Of a stretch of 64,000 bases of DNA, positions 37,164-47,112 are shown one piece after another. The DNA lies in NCBI GenBank assembly GCA_041690135.1, contig JAWLHY010000007.1, forward strand, positions 224,001 through 288,000, written 5' to 3'. Both the position numbers and the translations under genes were made by a program. Each line of letters opens with the position of its first letter. Position 1 is the stretch's first letter. The notes beneath the pieces are model-generated. The model did not search any database, was not told the origin of the DNA, and was given only the letters and a program-made list of their open reading frames with translations. This DNA is from Armatimonadota bacterium (GTDB lineage Bacteria > Armatimonadota > SYMT01).

Positions 37164-39293
37164 TTATCGCCTCTGGAGGCTCCCGGAAGCCGCTCCGTTG
37201 CCGCTCGAAGAGTCCCGGGCGGCGCCCACGCGAGAAGTGTTGCGGGTTGTGGCGCCGTCCTTTGCGGGGGTTGAGAAGCCGTTGCCTCGGGGGGTGGGGC
37301 GCCGCTGGATGCCGCCCATTTCCAGGCTCATCGCGAGCCCAATGCCGCGGAGCACCCACTCGCGGTTGCCTCGCAGCTCGACCGTTCCGTCATTGACGGA
37401 GGCTCGTCCGGAGCCGATCAGCCCCAGCACACGCCGCTGCAAGGTGGGAGCATCCACCTTTCCGGGTTTCAGGCGAACCTTGTAGGTGTCCCCCTCGGCC
37501 TCCACGCGCACGTCTCCGAGGGCAATTCCCAGCTTGAGGGTCTGAATGCCTTCACTGCTTCCCTGGGCGAGCAGCGTATTCGTTCTCCGGTCTGCGGCGA
37601 TGGTGGCCACCCCGGAAGGAACGCCGCTCTCCTGGAAGAGCAGATGCCGCAGGTCTTCGGCTTCGATCTGCTGCAAACGGTAAGCCTCAATGACCAGGTC
37701 CTTTGCCGGCGCGCCGCCGTCCAATCTCTGCGCGCCGTTGGTCGCTGCTGGAGACTGGAACAAACGGCCGACCAACGGAAGATCCTTGAGGACCGGGACC
37801 CCTCCCGCGTCCGGCGCTGCGGGTGGCGCTGGGGGCGGTGGGGCTTTGTCTGGTCCGTGGGAAGGGGGAGCGGGAGCCCCAGGCTGGCTTGGCGGCGCTG
37901 CCGGGTCCTCTGCTATTCGCAGGCCCGGAGCACCAGGCTGGCTGCCGGGCGCGGTTGCGGGGGGCGGCGGAGCCAGTGCCTGCAGGGGAAGCGGCGCCGG
38001 GACCGGCGCGACGGTGGGTGCCGCCGGAGCCGCCGGTGGAGCCGGCGGTGCGACCATCGAGATCGGCGGCTCCGGGCGGGGCGGTTTCGGCGCGGCGGGT
38101 AGGGGCAATGGCGCCTGGGCCGGACGGGGGGTAGCTTTTGCCGGCGGGCGGCTGCCGGCGGGATCCTTTCCAGCTGCGGCCCGGCCGGCAATGGGCGGAC
38201 TCCCTCCGGGCGGGCTCGCGACCACTCTCCAGGGTACGAGCGCGGCGGGACCGATGAGGGCGACCACGAGGGCCGCCCGTCGCAGCCGGGTGTGGGAAAT
38301 GGGCCTTACGGTTCTGAGCATCTCAATCCTCCTTCGCAGGGAACGATGGCAGCCAACTATCGAGACCGTGGCGGGCGAGGTGCCTGACGGGCCGCTCCAC
38401 CGGGTGGCGACCGTCAACAGCATCGTGGCATAGCGGGCCGGCGCGGCTTTGGTGGCGGTCAGCACCAGTTCGTCGCAGGCGGCCTCGGTCGCCGCCACCC
38501 ATTCGCGGTGCGCCAGCCACACCGCGGGGTGAAAAAAGAAGAGGCAGCGGGCCAGCGTGGGGAGCCAGGCCCAGCACAGGTCCGCCCGCCGCAGGTGGCC
38601 TAATTCGTGCGCGAGCATTAACCGGACGTCTTCCGTTCCGCCCGCAGGTCCGGGATCCGGCAGTACCACCGCGGGTTTCCAGATGCCGGTGAGCATGGGG
38701 GCCGGAGCTTCGCGCGATTCCAGCAGTGCCGGAGGCCTGGCAACCTCCAGCAACCGGCAAACACGCTCGAAGTCGGTGGCCAGCGACGCGTCGGTGACGG
38801 GTACCGTTGTCTGTCGCAGTCTCCGCGACTCCCGGCAAAGTGTTGCCAGCCGCACCAGGAGGGTGACGGTCCCGGTCCCCCAGAGCAAGAAGAGCCATAC
38901 AGCCGGGCGGTTCGAAGCCGGACGGCGGTTGGGGTGGGCCGGGGCCGGTTCCCTTAGGTTAGGGAGACTCCGCCTGGGCTTTGGGTGGAGCCTCGGGGCG
39001 ATTTCCCGGGTTGCGCGCTCCTCAAGAACCGGCGTGGGGGTGATTGCCGCCGGCGTTTGCTCGCGCGGCGGCAGCACCGGCACATCGATCGGCGTAGCCC
39101 AGAAGAGCGACAGCAGCAGTCGCACGTATGCCAGGCGCCATAACCAGCACTGCACCGTGGGCGACAGGCGCGGCAGGAAGCGGCACAGAGCCCACGCTCC
39201 TGCGAGGGCAAGCCCTCCCTGCCAGGAAGCCCTCATGAGAGCGTCGAGCCAGGCGCCGGCGAACGCGTCCAACAGCTCAATCCTGCCGGTCAT
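37164..39293 (-). CDS. BlaR1/MecR1-like M56 metallopeptidase with a Pro-rich linker and secretin-like C-terminal segments
   Basis: N-terminal TMs; AHELGHLRRAD, FFHPAVW, EAACD; C-terminal VPVLKDLPLVGRLF and ADRRTNTLLAQGS. Confidence 0.9.
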   Translation of the reverse strand: MTGRIELLDAFAGAWLDALMRASWQGGLALAGAWALCRFLPRLSPTVQCWLWRLAYVRLLLSLFWATPIDVPVLPPREQTPAAITPTPVLEERATREIAPRLHPKPRRSLPNLREPAPAHPNRRPASNRPAVWLFLLWGTGTVTLLVRLATLCRESRRLRQTTVPVTDASLATDFERVCRLLEVARPPALLESREAPAPMLTGIWKPAVVLPDPGPAGGTEDVRLMLAHELGHLRRADLCWAWLPTLARCLFFFHPAVWLAHREWVAATEAACDELVLTATKAAPARYATMLLTVATRWSGPSGTSPATVSIVGCHRSLRRRIEMLRTVRPISHTRLRRAALVVALIGPAALVPWRVVASPPGGSPPIAGRAAAGKDPAGSRPPAKATPRPAQAPLPLPAAPKPPRPEPPISMVAPPAPPAAPAAPTVAPVPAPLPLQALAPPPPATAPGSQPGAPGLRIAEDPAAPPSQPGAPAPPSHGPDKAPPPPAPPAAPDAGGVPVLKDLPLVGRLFQSPAATNGAQRLDGGAPAKDLVIEAYRLQQIEAEDLRHLLFQESGVPSGVATIAADRRTNTLLAQGSSEGIQTLKLGIALGDVRVEAEGDTYKVRLKPGKVDAPTLQRRVLGLIGSGRASVNDGTVELRGNREWVLRGIGLAMSLEMGGIQRRPTPRGNGFSTPAKDGATTRNTSRVGAARDSSSGNGAASGSLQRR

Positions 39294-39687
39294 CGTCGGC
39301 TCCTTCCTTTTCATCCGATGGGAGTTGGCGGATCACTTCCAGGAGTTCCTGCCGCTCCGCCTCGTCGATCCGACCCTGCTCCGCCAGGTACACCGCAAAC
39401 GGGTGGAGCGAGCCACCCAGCATCTCCTGGACGAAGTCCCCAACGAGTTTCTGGAGCAATTGCGGTCGGCTCTGGGTCGGGGAATACTGGTAGACGGTTC
39501 CCTCCTTCCTCCGTTCCAGGAAGCCTTTCTTCCGCAAGCGCTCCATCGCGCTGAGCGCCGTAGTGCGGGCGTGCCCCCGGGTTTCCGCCAGGAAGTCCGC
39601 CACTTCCCGCACGGTGACCGGGTGTTGTTCCTCAATAAACCGCAGGATCTCCATTTCGGCCTGCCCGATACTCGCCTTTCTCGCCAT
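39277..39687 (-). CDS. BlaI/MecI/CopY family repressor
   Basis: AEMEIL, TVREV, ARTT..MERLRKKGFLER...YQYSP. Confidence 0.93.
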   Translation of the reverse strand: MARKASIGQAEMEILRFIEEQHPVTVREVADFLAETRGHARTTALSAMERLRKKGFLERRKEGTVYQYSPTQSRPQLLQKLVGDFVQEMLGGSLHPFAVYLAEQGRIDEAERQELLEVIRQLPSDEKEGADDDRQD

Positions 39688-39732
39688 CCTCTGTTCCTGT
39701 AAGACCCTTTGCACGCGTCCTCGTGCTCATTC

Positions 39733-39783
39733 TAGACGGCATATGTAGTCACTCTACGGAAGAGTAGACGGCATATGTCGTCT
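39733..39783 (-). promoter_or_regulatory. Two BlaI-type operators upstream of the blaI-like gene
   Basis: Direct repeat TAGACGGCATATGT at 39733 and 39765 (32 bp apart); each sits in an imperfect palindrome (GACGGCATATGTAGTC; AGACGGCATATGTCGTCT); minus-strand TAGAAT -10 box adjacent. Confidence 0.8.
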
Positions 39784-39910
39784 GCGGGTTACAGCGATCT
39801 TTGCGTGGATTTCTGCGACCACCTGAAACCCCCGCACCGATCGCACGTCACAGGAGGTGAACCACCTCTCGTTCCAGCTTCCCCCTGGCACTAGAGGAGA
39901 GCTTCCACCT

Positions 39911-39986
39911 GCAACTTTCAACCCCTGGCCCTCGCTGGGGGCTTCAACCTTCAACTTTCACCCTTCAACCTGCAACTTTCAACCCA
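39911..39986. repeat. Heptamer tandem repeat (CAACYTT)n
   Basis: CAACCTT CAACTTT CACCCTT CAACCTG CAACTTT CAACCC immediately before the GTG at 39991. Confidence 0.7.
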
Positions 39987-39990
39987 AACC

Positions 39991-41121
39991 GTGAAACCTT
40001 ACTGGCTCGCACCCCTCTTCAGCCTGGCATTGGTGGGAGCGTCGGCCCAACCCGGGAAGGCGCCCGCTAATCGCACCCCGGCGAAGAAGGCGCCTGTCCG
40101 GAAGGCGGCCGCCAAGCCCAAGACGGGGAAGGCGATCTCGGGGACTGGTTTCACGCTGCAGGAGCGGGGATCGCTGGAGAGCGACGCTCGCGATTACCTG
40201 GGGACGCCCGCCACGGAAGCGGCGGCCCGCCGGGCGCTGGCCTATCTGGCCCGGACCCAGCTTCCCAACGGTGCGTGGGATGGTAACGGCTATCGGGCCG
40301 AGGTGGCCATCGCGGGTCTCAGTGCGCTCGCGTTCATGTCCGCGGGGCACCAGCCGGACCGCGGCCCCTACGGCCGGCACTTGCGGAAGGTGACGGACTA
40401 CCTGGCGGAGAGTTGCCAGCGGAGCGGCCTGATCCTGAACCCCACCTCTCAGGCCGGTCCCCCGATGTACGGCCATGGTTTCGCCACCCTGGCACTGGCC
40501 GAGCTGTACGGGATGACCCGCCGCAGCGACCTCCGGGATCCGCTGGAGAACGCCGTTTCCCTCATCATCCGCACCCAGAATGATGAAGGCGGCTGGCGAT
40601 ACCTGCCGCGCATTGCCGACGCCGATATGAGCGTGGTGGTCTGTCAGGTGATGGCACTCCGGGCCGCGGCGAACGCAGGGGTGCGGGTCCCGAAGCAGAT
40701 CACGAGCCGGGCCGTTGCCTACGTGAAGCGCTGCGCCAACAACGATGACGGCGGCTACAGCTACATGCCCAGCCGCAAAGACTCGGGCCTGGCGCGCACC
40801 GGGGCGGGCGTGCTGTGCCTCATCGTGATGGGGGAGCGGAACGCCCCCGAATGCCTCCGGGGCCTGGAGTACCTCTCCAACCACACGCCCACCAACGAGC
40901 GCCGGCACCCTTTTTACGCGCATTACTACTGCACGCAGGCGGCCTACCAGGCGGGCGGCAAACACTGGCGCTACTGGTACCCGCTGCTGTCCCAGCACCT
41001 CCTCAGCACCCAGCGCGATGACGGCTCCTGGTACGACGGCCCCGGATCCGCCTACGCCACGGCCATGGGCGTGCTCGCCCTCCAGGTTCCCGCCGCCCTC
41101 CTGCCGATCTATCAAAAGTAG
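39991..41121 (+). CDS. Exported prenyltransferase/squalene oxidase repeat protein
   Basis: QW-like repeats (LARTQLPNGAW, IRTQNDEGGWRY, LSTQRDDGSW); MYGHGFATLALAE; LPIYQK terminus. Confidence 0.88.
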   Translation: MKPYWLAPLFSLALVGASAQPGKAPANRTPAKKAPVRKAAAKPKTGKAISGTGFTLQERGSLESDARDYLGTPATEAAARRALAYLARTQLPNGAWDGNGYRAEVAIAGLSALAFMSAGHQPDRGPYGRHLRKVTDYLAESCQRSGLILNPTSQAGPPMYGHGFATLALAELYGMTRRSDLRDPLENAVSLIIRTQNDEGGWRYLPRIADADMSVVVCQVMALRAAANAGVRVPKQITSRAVAYVKRCANNDDGGYSYMPSRKDSGLARTGAGVLCLIVMGERNAPECLRGLEYLSNHTPTNERRHPFYAHYYCTQAAYQAGGKHWRYWYPLLSQHLLSTQRDDGSWYDGPGSAYATAMGVLALQVPAALLPIYQK

Positions 41122-41134
41122 GCGTTGGGCGTTG

Positions 41135-41917
41135 TCAGCCGATCTTCACGCCCGCTCGCGCCGACTTATCCAGCCGGAACAGTAAGAGTTGCGGGCGGTA
41201 TTCCTCCAGCCACTGGTCTACGGCCCGGCGGGCTCCTTGCCAGTACCCGTAGTCGTCCAGCACGAGCACCCCGCCCACGGAGAGGCGGGGGTAGAGATGG
41301 ACCAGTTCGTGATAGGTCGACTCGTACCAGTCCGTGTCCAGGCGCAGGAGAGCGATCCGCTCCGGCGCCTGTTCCGGGATGGTTTCCTCCACTCGCCCTC
41401 TGACGAACACCATCTGTGATGGGTCGTAACCGGTGCCGGCCAAGTTTTGACGCACCTCTTCCAACGGGCAATACGCCCACACCCCGCCTTCCGTCCCCTT
41501 CGGCTCCGCTTGCAGTAGCGTGCTGGCGGCCTCACCCCGAAAGCTGCGGTCGTGCTCCGTCGGCTCACACATTCCTTCGTAGGTGTCGAAGAGGTGTAAG
41601 CGGCGATCGGATGCACCGAGCGCCAGCAGAGCCTTCGCCACGGCCATCATGCTCCCGCCCTTCCACACGCCGCACTCCACGATGTCGCCGGGGATCTGGT
41701 GACGGATGAGATACGCCACGCTGTCCCGCAGGGCAAACACGCGCTCGGGGCTGGTCATGGTGTAGGGTTGGACAGTGTGCCAGAGGTCTGCCGCGCCGGA
41801 ATCGAAGTCCGGCGGCAGTGCGGCAGCCGGTGAGCCGGCCGATCCGGCTCGGATCAGGTCATAGCCGAAGTGCCGCACGAAGGAGCGGAGGTTCCTCTTG
41901 AGCGGAGTGCCGAGCAT
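41135..41917 (-). CDS. TylF/MycF/NovP family O-methyltransferase
   Basis: GDIVECGVWKGGS, FDTYEG, IALLRLDTDWYEST, VLDDYG. Confidence 0.93.
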   Translation of the reverse strand: MLGTPLKRNLRSFVRHFGYDLIRAGSAGSPAAALPPDFDSGAADLWHTVQPYTMTSPERVFALRDSVAYLIRHQIPGDIVECGVWKGGSMMAVAKALLALGASDRRLHLFDTYEGMCEPTEHDRSFRGEAASTLLQAEPKGTEGGVWAYCPLEEVRQNLAGTGYDPSQMVFVRGRVEETIPEQAPERIALLRLDTDWYESTYHELVHLYPRLSVGGVLVLDDYGYWQGARRAVDQWLEEYRPQLLLFRLDKSARAGVKIG

Positions 41918-42107
41918 AACCACCTCCCGGAATGACGCGTGAGGAGTAGAAACGTCCTGTTGTGGGCAATAAGCGCCCCCATTAAACGCGGCCTTCGAAT
42001 CGATTCCTCGATCACCGCACTCGCCACCCGGCATTTCAACTGGCTATACGACACCGGCCCTATGCTCCAACTCCTCATCTACGACGATCTTACAATCGGA
42101 GTGTAAT

Positions 42108-42165
42108 CACCCAACCACCCGAACACCTGACCACCTGAACGTCTGAAAGCCTGACCACCCGAACA
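42108..42165. repeat. Octamer tandem repeat (CACCYGAM)n
   Basis: CACCCAAC CACCCGAA CACCTGAC CACCTGAA CGTCTGAA AGCCTGAC CACCCGAA. Confidence 0.7.
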
Positions 42166-42230
42166 AAGGTCTCGCCCGCCCCCACCGCTGACTATACTAC
42201 TCAGCATCTGTCCGTCGCTGACCCGATCCC

Positions 42231-44951
42231 ATGCGTTCGCTGCTGACCCACATCGCCGATCTTCGCCACCACCCCGACCGCCGGGTCCGCCTGACCTGGT
42301 GGATCGTCATGGCGCTGGGTGTGGGGATGGTTATTTCGCCGGAAAGTGCCGGCGTTTTGGCGATTGTCGCCTGGTTGGTGCTCAATCTGGGGCTGTTGCT
42401 GACGGGCATGGTGTGGGGCCTCCTGCACCTCCGCGCCCTGCGGCCCGCGCTGCAGCCCGCGGTGGTCGGGAGTTCGGTGCTGGCGCTGGTCTCCATCCTC
42501 CTCCTCGGCAGCTCCTTCGTCGTGGCTGTGTCTGAGCAGATGCCGGAGGTGGTGACGCCCGCAACCCGCGCCATCGTAGGAGTGTTTCTCTTTCTCCTGC
42601 TGGGGGTGCTCTGGGGAGCCATCTACCTCTACGCCTTGCTCGCCGCCTCGTTGGGATTGCTCGCCGGGCGTTGGGTGAAGGACCCCCAGGCGTCGCGCTA
42701 TGGAGTGATTGCCGGGTGGTGGGTGCTCCTCGGCGGGGTGTTGCTGCAGGTAGTCGGCCAGGCGACCGGGACCGTGGATGCGCTGATGGCGGTTGCCGGG
42801 GGTGGGTTCCCGGCCCTCGTGGTTGGGCTCTCGCGGTACTTTTTGAGGCCCGGGGGATCCCCGGATGAGTTGGCGGACCGAACCGCCAGCAGCCTGGCGC
42901 GAGTGCTCATCCGCCGGTGGGGTCCACCGGGAAAGGAGCGTCGCCTCGATCTCCGGGGCGCGTCACTCGGCCTGCTCACCGGCACCATCGGATTGGTGTT
43001 GGCGCTGTCCCCGGTGCTGCTCCCGCTGCAGTCCCGAGTGCTGGTGGCGCTGCTGCAGATACGGAACGGAGTGCCTAACCTGCCGCTCCCGGGCGGAGAT
43101 AGCCCCGAAGGCACTCTCCGCGCGCGGCCGTTCCTGCCCCGGGTCGCGCTCCTGGAGTTCGATCTGGAAACCCGGCGAACCCTCGCAACCGGCAGTTCGG
43201 AGAGCGAGGTCCAGGCGAAGGTGATCCGTAAGCTGGCCAGCTACGGGGCGCGGATCGTCCTCCCACTCCCGCTCTTGGAGACCGAGGACCCGCGGGTGCC
43301 GGTTCTGTTCACAGAAGTGGCTGCCGGCGGCTTCCCCTCGCCCACGGGGGCCGACGTGGAGCGCACTCGCAACAACATCGACCAACTGGCGGAAGCCTGT
43401 CGCACGGCCGGCTCGGTGGTGCTGGCCGTCCCTTCGCCGCACGTGCGAGTGATGGATTCGGCGGGAGAGCTGGCTCTGAACCGGCTCCAGCAGTCCGTGG
43501 CCGCGGTCGGACGGGGGGACCTCTCTTCCTTTGGCGCTCCCGAGTTGCCGGCCCTTTCACTGGCTCCCGAGGAGTTTCCACTGGAATTGGCGCGTCACCC
43601 CCTGGCCCGGCCCGTGCCCCCGGTGCCCTTATTGTTGGCGGAAGGGTTGGATGAATCCGGGGCTCGCGCCATACGCGAGACGAACCTTACTCGCATCGTG
43701 CGGGACCGCGTGCTAATAGATGTGCGGACCACGCAGCCGGGCCGCGCATTCCCCCGGATCAGCTACGGCAGCATTCTGCGGGAAGAGCGGCTTTTCGCCT
43801 CAGGGGCGGACGCAAACGAGGCAGGTGGCCGCTGGGAAAGCCCCCAGGTGTTCTTCCGCGGACGGGTAGTCTTTCTCGACACCCTCGCACCGCGGGCCCG
43901 TGACACCGTGGCGGGCCGTATGTCTCAAAGCGAAGTTCTGGCGCATGCGCTGGCGACGCTGCAGGCCGGGCAGACGGTGCGCCGCGCTCCGGGGTGGCTC
44001 GGTTCCCTGTTGATCCTCGCGGGAGCCGTCCTGGCCGGATCGGTATGCACCGGCCGCAGCCCACTCCAGGCCAGCCGGAATGCCGCCGGGCTGTGTCTCC
44101 TCACGTTCGCCGCCTGCGGCCTGTTGTTCATCCTCACTGCCGGGGGGTTGGCCTCCCTGCGGGCTGGGATGGGGGGTAGCCCGGTGTGGCTGGACCCGGT
44201 GGTTCCCTGCCTGGCGATCCTGGCGACAACCCTGCTTTCGGCGAACCTGACCCTCTCGGTCGAGCGCGCCCGCCGCGAGCAAAACCGGTCGCTGCTGCAG
44301 CGCTTCGTCGAGCCGCGAATCGTCGAGGAACTGCTCCGCGAGATGGAGCACCCCGGCTCCGAAGTGGGATTGGGCGGCACGCGCCAGCAGGTCTGCGTCC
44401 TCTTCGCCGACGTCCGCGGCTTCACCCGCTTCGCGGAGAGTGAGCCGCCGGAAGTCGTCATCGAGGTGACCAACCGTTACCTTACCGCCCTCACCGAGCC
44501 CCTCCGCCGGCACGGGGGCCTCCTCGACAAGTACCTGGGCGACGGCCTGATGGCGCTCTTCCGCGTGACCGACCCCACCGCCGATCTCCCCCGCGCCGTC
44601 CACGCCGCCCTCGCCATGCGCGACGCGGCTCTCGCCGTCTCCGACGAACAGGCCGCCCAGGGGAAACCGGTTCTGACCCTCGGCTTCGGTCTCCACTACG
44701 GCGAGGCGGTCGTGGGCCTGGTGGGCAACCCGGATCAGTTCAACTACACCGCCCTCGGCCACACCGTGGTGGTCGCCCAGCGCCTCCAGACCCTCGCCGC
44801 CGGTGGGGAGGTGATCCTCAGCGAGACGGTCTATCCCCATGTCGCCGCGGAGATTCCCGCCGACCCCGGCGAACCCGTGGCCGTCAAGGGACTTTCGCAG
44901 CCGGTCCGGTTCTACCGAGTGGTCCTCACCACTGAGACACTGAGGCACTGA
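42231..44951 (+). CDS. Membrane class III adenylate cyclase with a CHASE2-like sensor
   Basis: Many TMs; FRGRVVFL and EVLAHALATL (CHASE2-like); VLFADVRGFT, DKYLGDGLMALF, GLHYGEAVVG, NYTALG. Confidence 0.88.
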   Translation: MRSLLTHIADLRHHPDRRVRLTWWIVMALGVGMVISPESAGVLAIVAWLVLNLGLLLTGMVWGLLHLRALRPALQPAVVGSSVLALVSILLLGSSFVVAVSEQMPEVVTPATRAIVGVFLFLLLGVLWGAIYLYALLAASLGLLAGRWVKDPQASRYGVIAGWWVLLGGVLLQVVGQATGTVDALMAVAGGGFPALVVGLSRYFLRPGGSPDELADRTASSLARVLIRRWGPPGKERRLDLRGASLGLLTGTIGLVLALSPVLLPLQSRVLVALLQIRNGVPNLPLPGGDSPEGTLRARPFLPRVALLEFDLETRRTLATGSSESEVQAKVIRKLASYGARIVLPLPLLETEDPRVPVLFTEVAAGGFPSPTGADVERTRNNIDQLAEACRTAGSVVLAVPSPHVRVMDSAGELALNRLQQSVAAVGRGDLSSFGAPELPALSLAPEEFPLELARHPLARPVPPVPLLLAEGLDESGARAIRETNLTRIVRDRVLIDVRTTQPGRAFPRISYGSILREERLFASGADANEAGGRWESPQVFFRGRVVFLDTLAPRARDTVAGRMSQSEVLAHALATLQAGQTVRRAPGWLGSLLILAGAVLAGSVCTGRSPLQASRNAAGLCLLTFAACGLLFILTAGGLASLRAGMGGSPVWLDPVVPCLAILATTLLSANLTLSVERARREQNRSLLQRFVEPRIVEELLREMEHPGSEVGLGGTRQQVCVLFADVRGFTRFAESEPPEVVIEVTNRYLTALTEPLRRHGGLLDKYLGDGLMALFRVTDPTADLPRAVHAALAMRDAALAVSDEQAAQGKPVLTLGFGLHYGEAVVGLVGNPDQFNYTALGHTVVVAQRLQTLAAGGEVILSETVYPHVAAEIPADPGEPVAVKGLSQPVRFYRVVLTTETLRH

Positions 44952-45600
44952 GGGCACACGGAGAAGAAAGGGTCGAGGAAGGTAGCATAGGCCGGGTGCC
45001 GGGTGCCCAGAATGGATGTGGGCGATGGCCGTTGGTGACGGTACCTGCGTACAGTACAACTCGTTCACGCCACTGATCGCGAACCGGTTCCAAAGGTAGC
45101 ACAGGCCCTCGTGCCGTTGGTCACGTTACGAGCCTTTAGGGCAACTCGTACTCCCCTCTGGTCACGGCCCGCACCCGCAATGACTACGGCAATAGGAATA
45201 CTGGTTACCCACCTCGGTATTGCCTCTTGGTAGCGGGCCATTTATCTACCTGCCTGGCATTCGAACGGCCTTGCGACCACGCCCGTCTTCGCGATTTCGT
45301 CCTTTCGCGATTTCGTGTTGGCCCGCGCAGCGCCCGCACCCGTTCCGTATTGCCACTAACGTTGAGCTGACCGAACCCAACTCACGCCCCAAATCTTCAC
45401 GCCTCACGTAACGCAAGGGCCCGAGGCAGCACGCTTGCCCCACGCAGCAACTCCCGCACGTTCCTTACGCATTACGCATCACGCATTTCCCGTTGCCAAA
45501 CAGGACATCATCTAGGGTGGCTCATCTTCCTTTGTGGCTCCCTTCTTTCCGCGTCTTTCAGCGTGTTCCGCGGGCAACTCGCCCATCCGCGGGCAGAATT

Positions 45601-46764
45601 CTACTTCCGCGCGGGTGACACATAAGCATCGGCGCCGATGCCGCGGAGACGAGGATCCTGGCTGGTGACCTTCGCCTCTGGCGAGTCCGACCGGTCGAGG
45701 CGCGGGTCTATCTGAAGGCCGCCCTGTTCCGGCGTCGGGAGCTGCGGCCGGGTGGGGCCGTCGGTGCGGAACCAGGCGTTCCGGCGGAAGGTGAAGGTCT
45801 CCGGAGCGGTACCGCCGCCCACGTTCACGTGAGCGCCCACGCGCCGGTCGAAGACCACCAGGTTCTCCTCGAACACCCCGCCCCGGCACGGTTTGAAGCC
45901 GGGCGCCTGCTGCTCCTGGAGGATGCGTACGATCCAGCGCTCCGGGAAGAGCATGGTGTTGCGGTAGACCCGGCCGCCGTCCGCGGAAACGAACGCCACC
46001 GGGCAGGGGCTGCCGAAGAACCGGTTCCCCGCCACCGTAATCCGGGTCGCCTCGGCGGTAGCCCCCTGCGGCCGGAAGAACTGGAGGCCGGTGCTGCCGC
46101 CCAGGTTGATCGCCCGCTGGCCGGCCCGGTGGAACAGGCTCGTCTGGACCAGGATATCGCTGCTGCCGCCCTTCATCTGCACCGCATTATCCTGGCTGAA
46201 GCCCTCTTTTCCGGTGAAGCGGCATTCCTCAATGACCCCGCGGTGGCAGCCGACCATATCGATGGCGGAGCCGCCCCATCCTTCGAAGCGACAGCGCCGG
46301 ACCACGAAGTCGTCCAGCCCCGATAGCTTCAAGCCGTCGCAGTTGCCCCGGGGGCCGATGTCCGTGATCGTGACGTCCTCCACCACGATGTGGTGCCCCG
46401 GCGTATCGGCATTCCCGCCGTGGTCGATGTTAATGCCGTTTCCCCGGGCGCCGCGGACTGAGATTCCCCGCACCGTTACGTAGGCGCAGCCGGACACCAT
46501 CAACCCCAGGCTCCCCCCACTGAACACCGGCGGCCGTCGGGGGTCGCTCCCCCGGATCACGATCGGCGCCGCGGCGGTGCCGTTCACCCCGCGCAGGTAG
46601 AACCCGCCCGGGTACTCCCCCGGCGCGATGCTCACGGTATCTCCCGGCCGAACCGCGGCCAACGCCGCCCGCAGTTCCGCCGTGTTACGCGCCGTCCGCT
46701 CCGCCGCGGATGCGGGCAGCGTTAGGCAGAGCGTCAGCAAGAAGAGACAGAGGCGACTTTGCAT
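45601..46764 (-). CDS. Exported right-handed parallel beta-helix protein
   Basis: Signal peptide; ELRAALAAVRPGDTV.IAPG.Y; GNCDGLKLSG, GWGGSAIDMVGCH, QMKGGS. Confidence 0.88.
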   Translation of the reverse strand: MQSRLCLFLLTLCLTLPASAAERTARNTAELRAALAAVRPGDTVSIAPGEYPGGFYLRGVNGTAAAPIVIRGSDPRRPPVFSGGSLGLMVSGCAYVTVRGISVRGARGNGINIDHGGNADTPGHHIVVEDVTITDIGPRGNCDGLKLSGLDDFVVRRCRFEGWGGSAIDMVGCHRGVIEECRFTGKEGFSQDNAVQMKGGSSDILVQTSLFHRAGQRAINLGGSTGLQFFRPQGATAEATRITVAGNRFFGSPCPVAFVSADGGRVYRNTMLFPERWIVRILQEQQAPGFKPCRGGVFEENLVVFDRRVGAHVNVGGGTAPETFTFRRNAWFRTDGPTRPQLPTPEQGGLQIDPRLDRSDSPEAKVTSQDPRLRGIGADAYVSPARK

Positions 46765-46873
46765 CGGGTTCTCCTGGTGGTTGGTGCGGGTCACCACCTT
46801 TTTACGCCGGCTGGCGGGTTTCTCCTTCGGCCGCTGGCGGGGATTACGCTACGGAGTAATGAGGAGGTGTCGG

Positions 46874-47104
46874 ATGGCCGAGAGGAAACCAGGCGTGGAC
46901 CCCGAGCGGGACTGGAAGGAGTGGCCCGGTCCCGAAGGTCAGATCCCGAAGGAGACCCACGGGCCGGTCGCCACAATCCCGGAGGACGAAGAGATCGATT
47001 ACGGCGCGCCGGACAACCGGGGCACCCTGGAGCGCATCTGCGATGCGGTCCTCGGCGGGGAAGACACCGATCGCGCCGACCAGAACCAGGGCAAATCCGT
47101 GTAG
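46874..47104 (+). CDS. Small acidic hypothetical protein (76 aa)
   Basis: Strong RBS GAGGAGG 6 nt before the ATG; fills the gap between two minus-strand genes. Confidence 0.7.
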   Translation: MAERKPGVDPERDWKEWPGPEGQIPKETHGPVATIPEDEEIDYGAPDNRGTLERICDAVLGGEDTDRADQNQGKSV

Positions 47105-47112
47105 TTTAGGGT

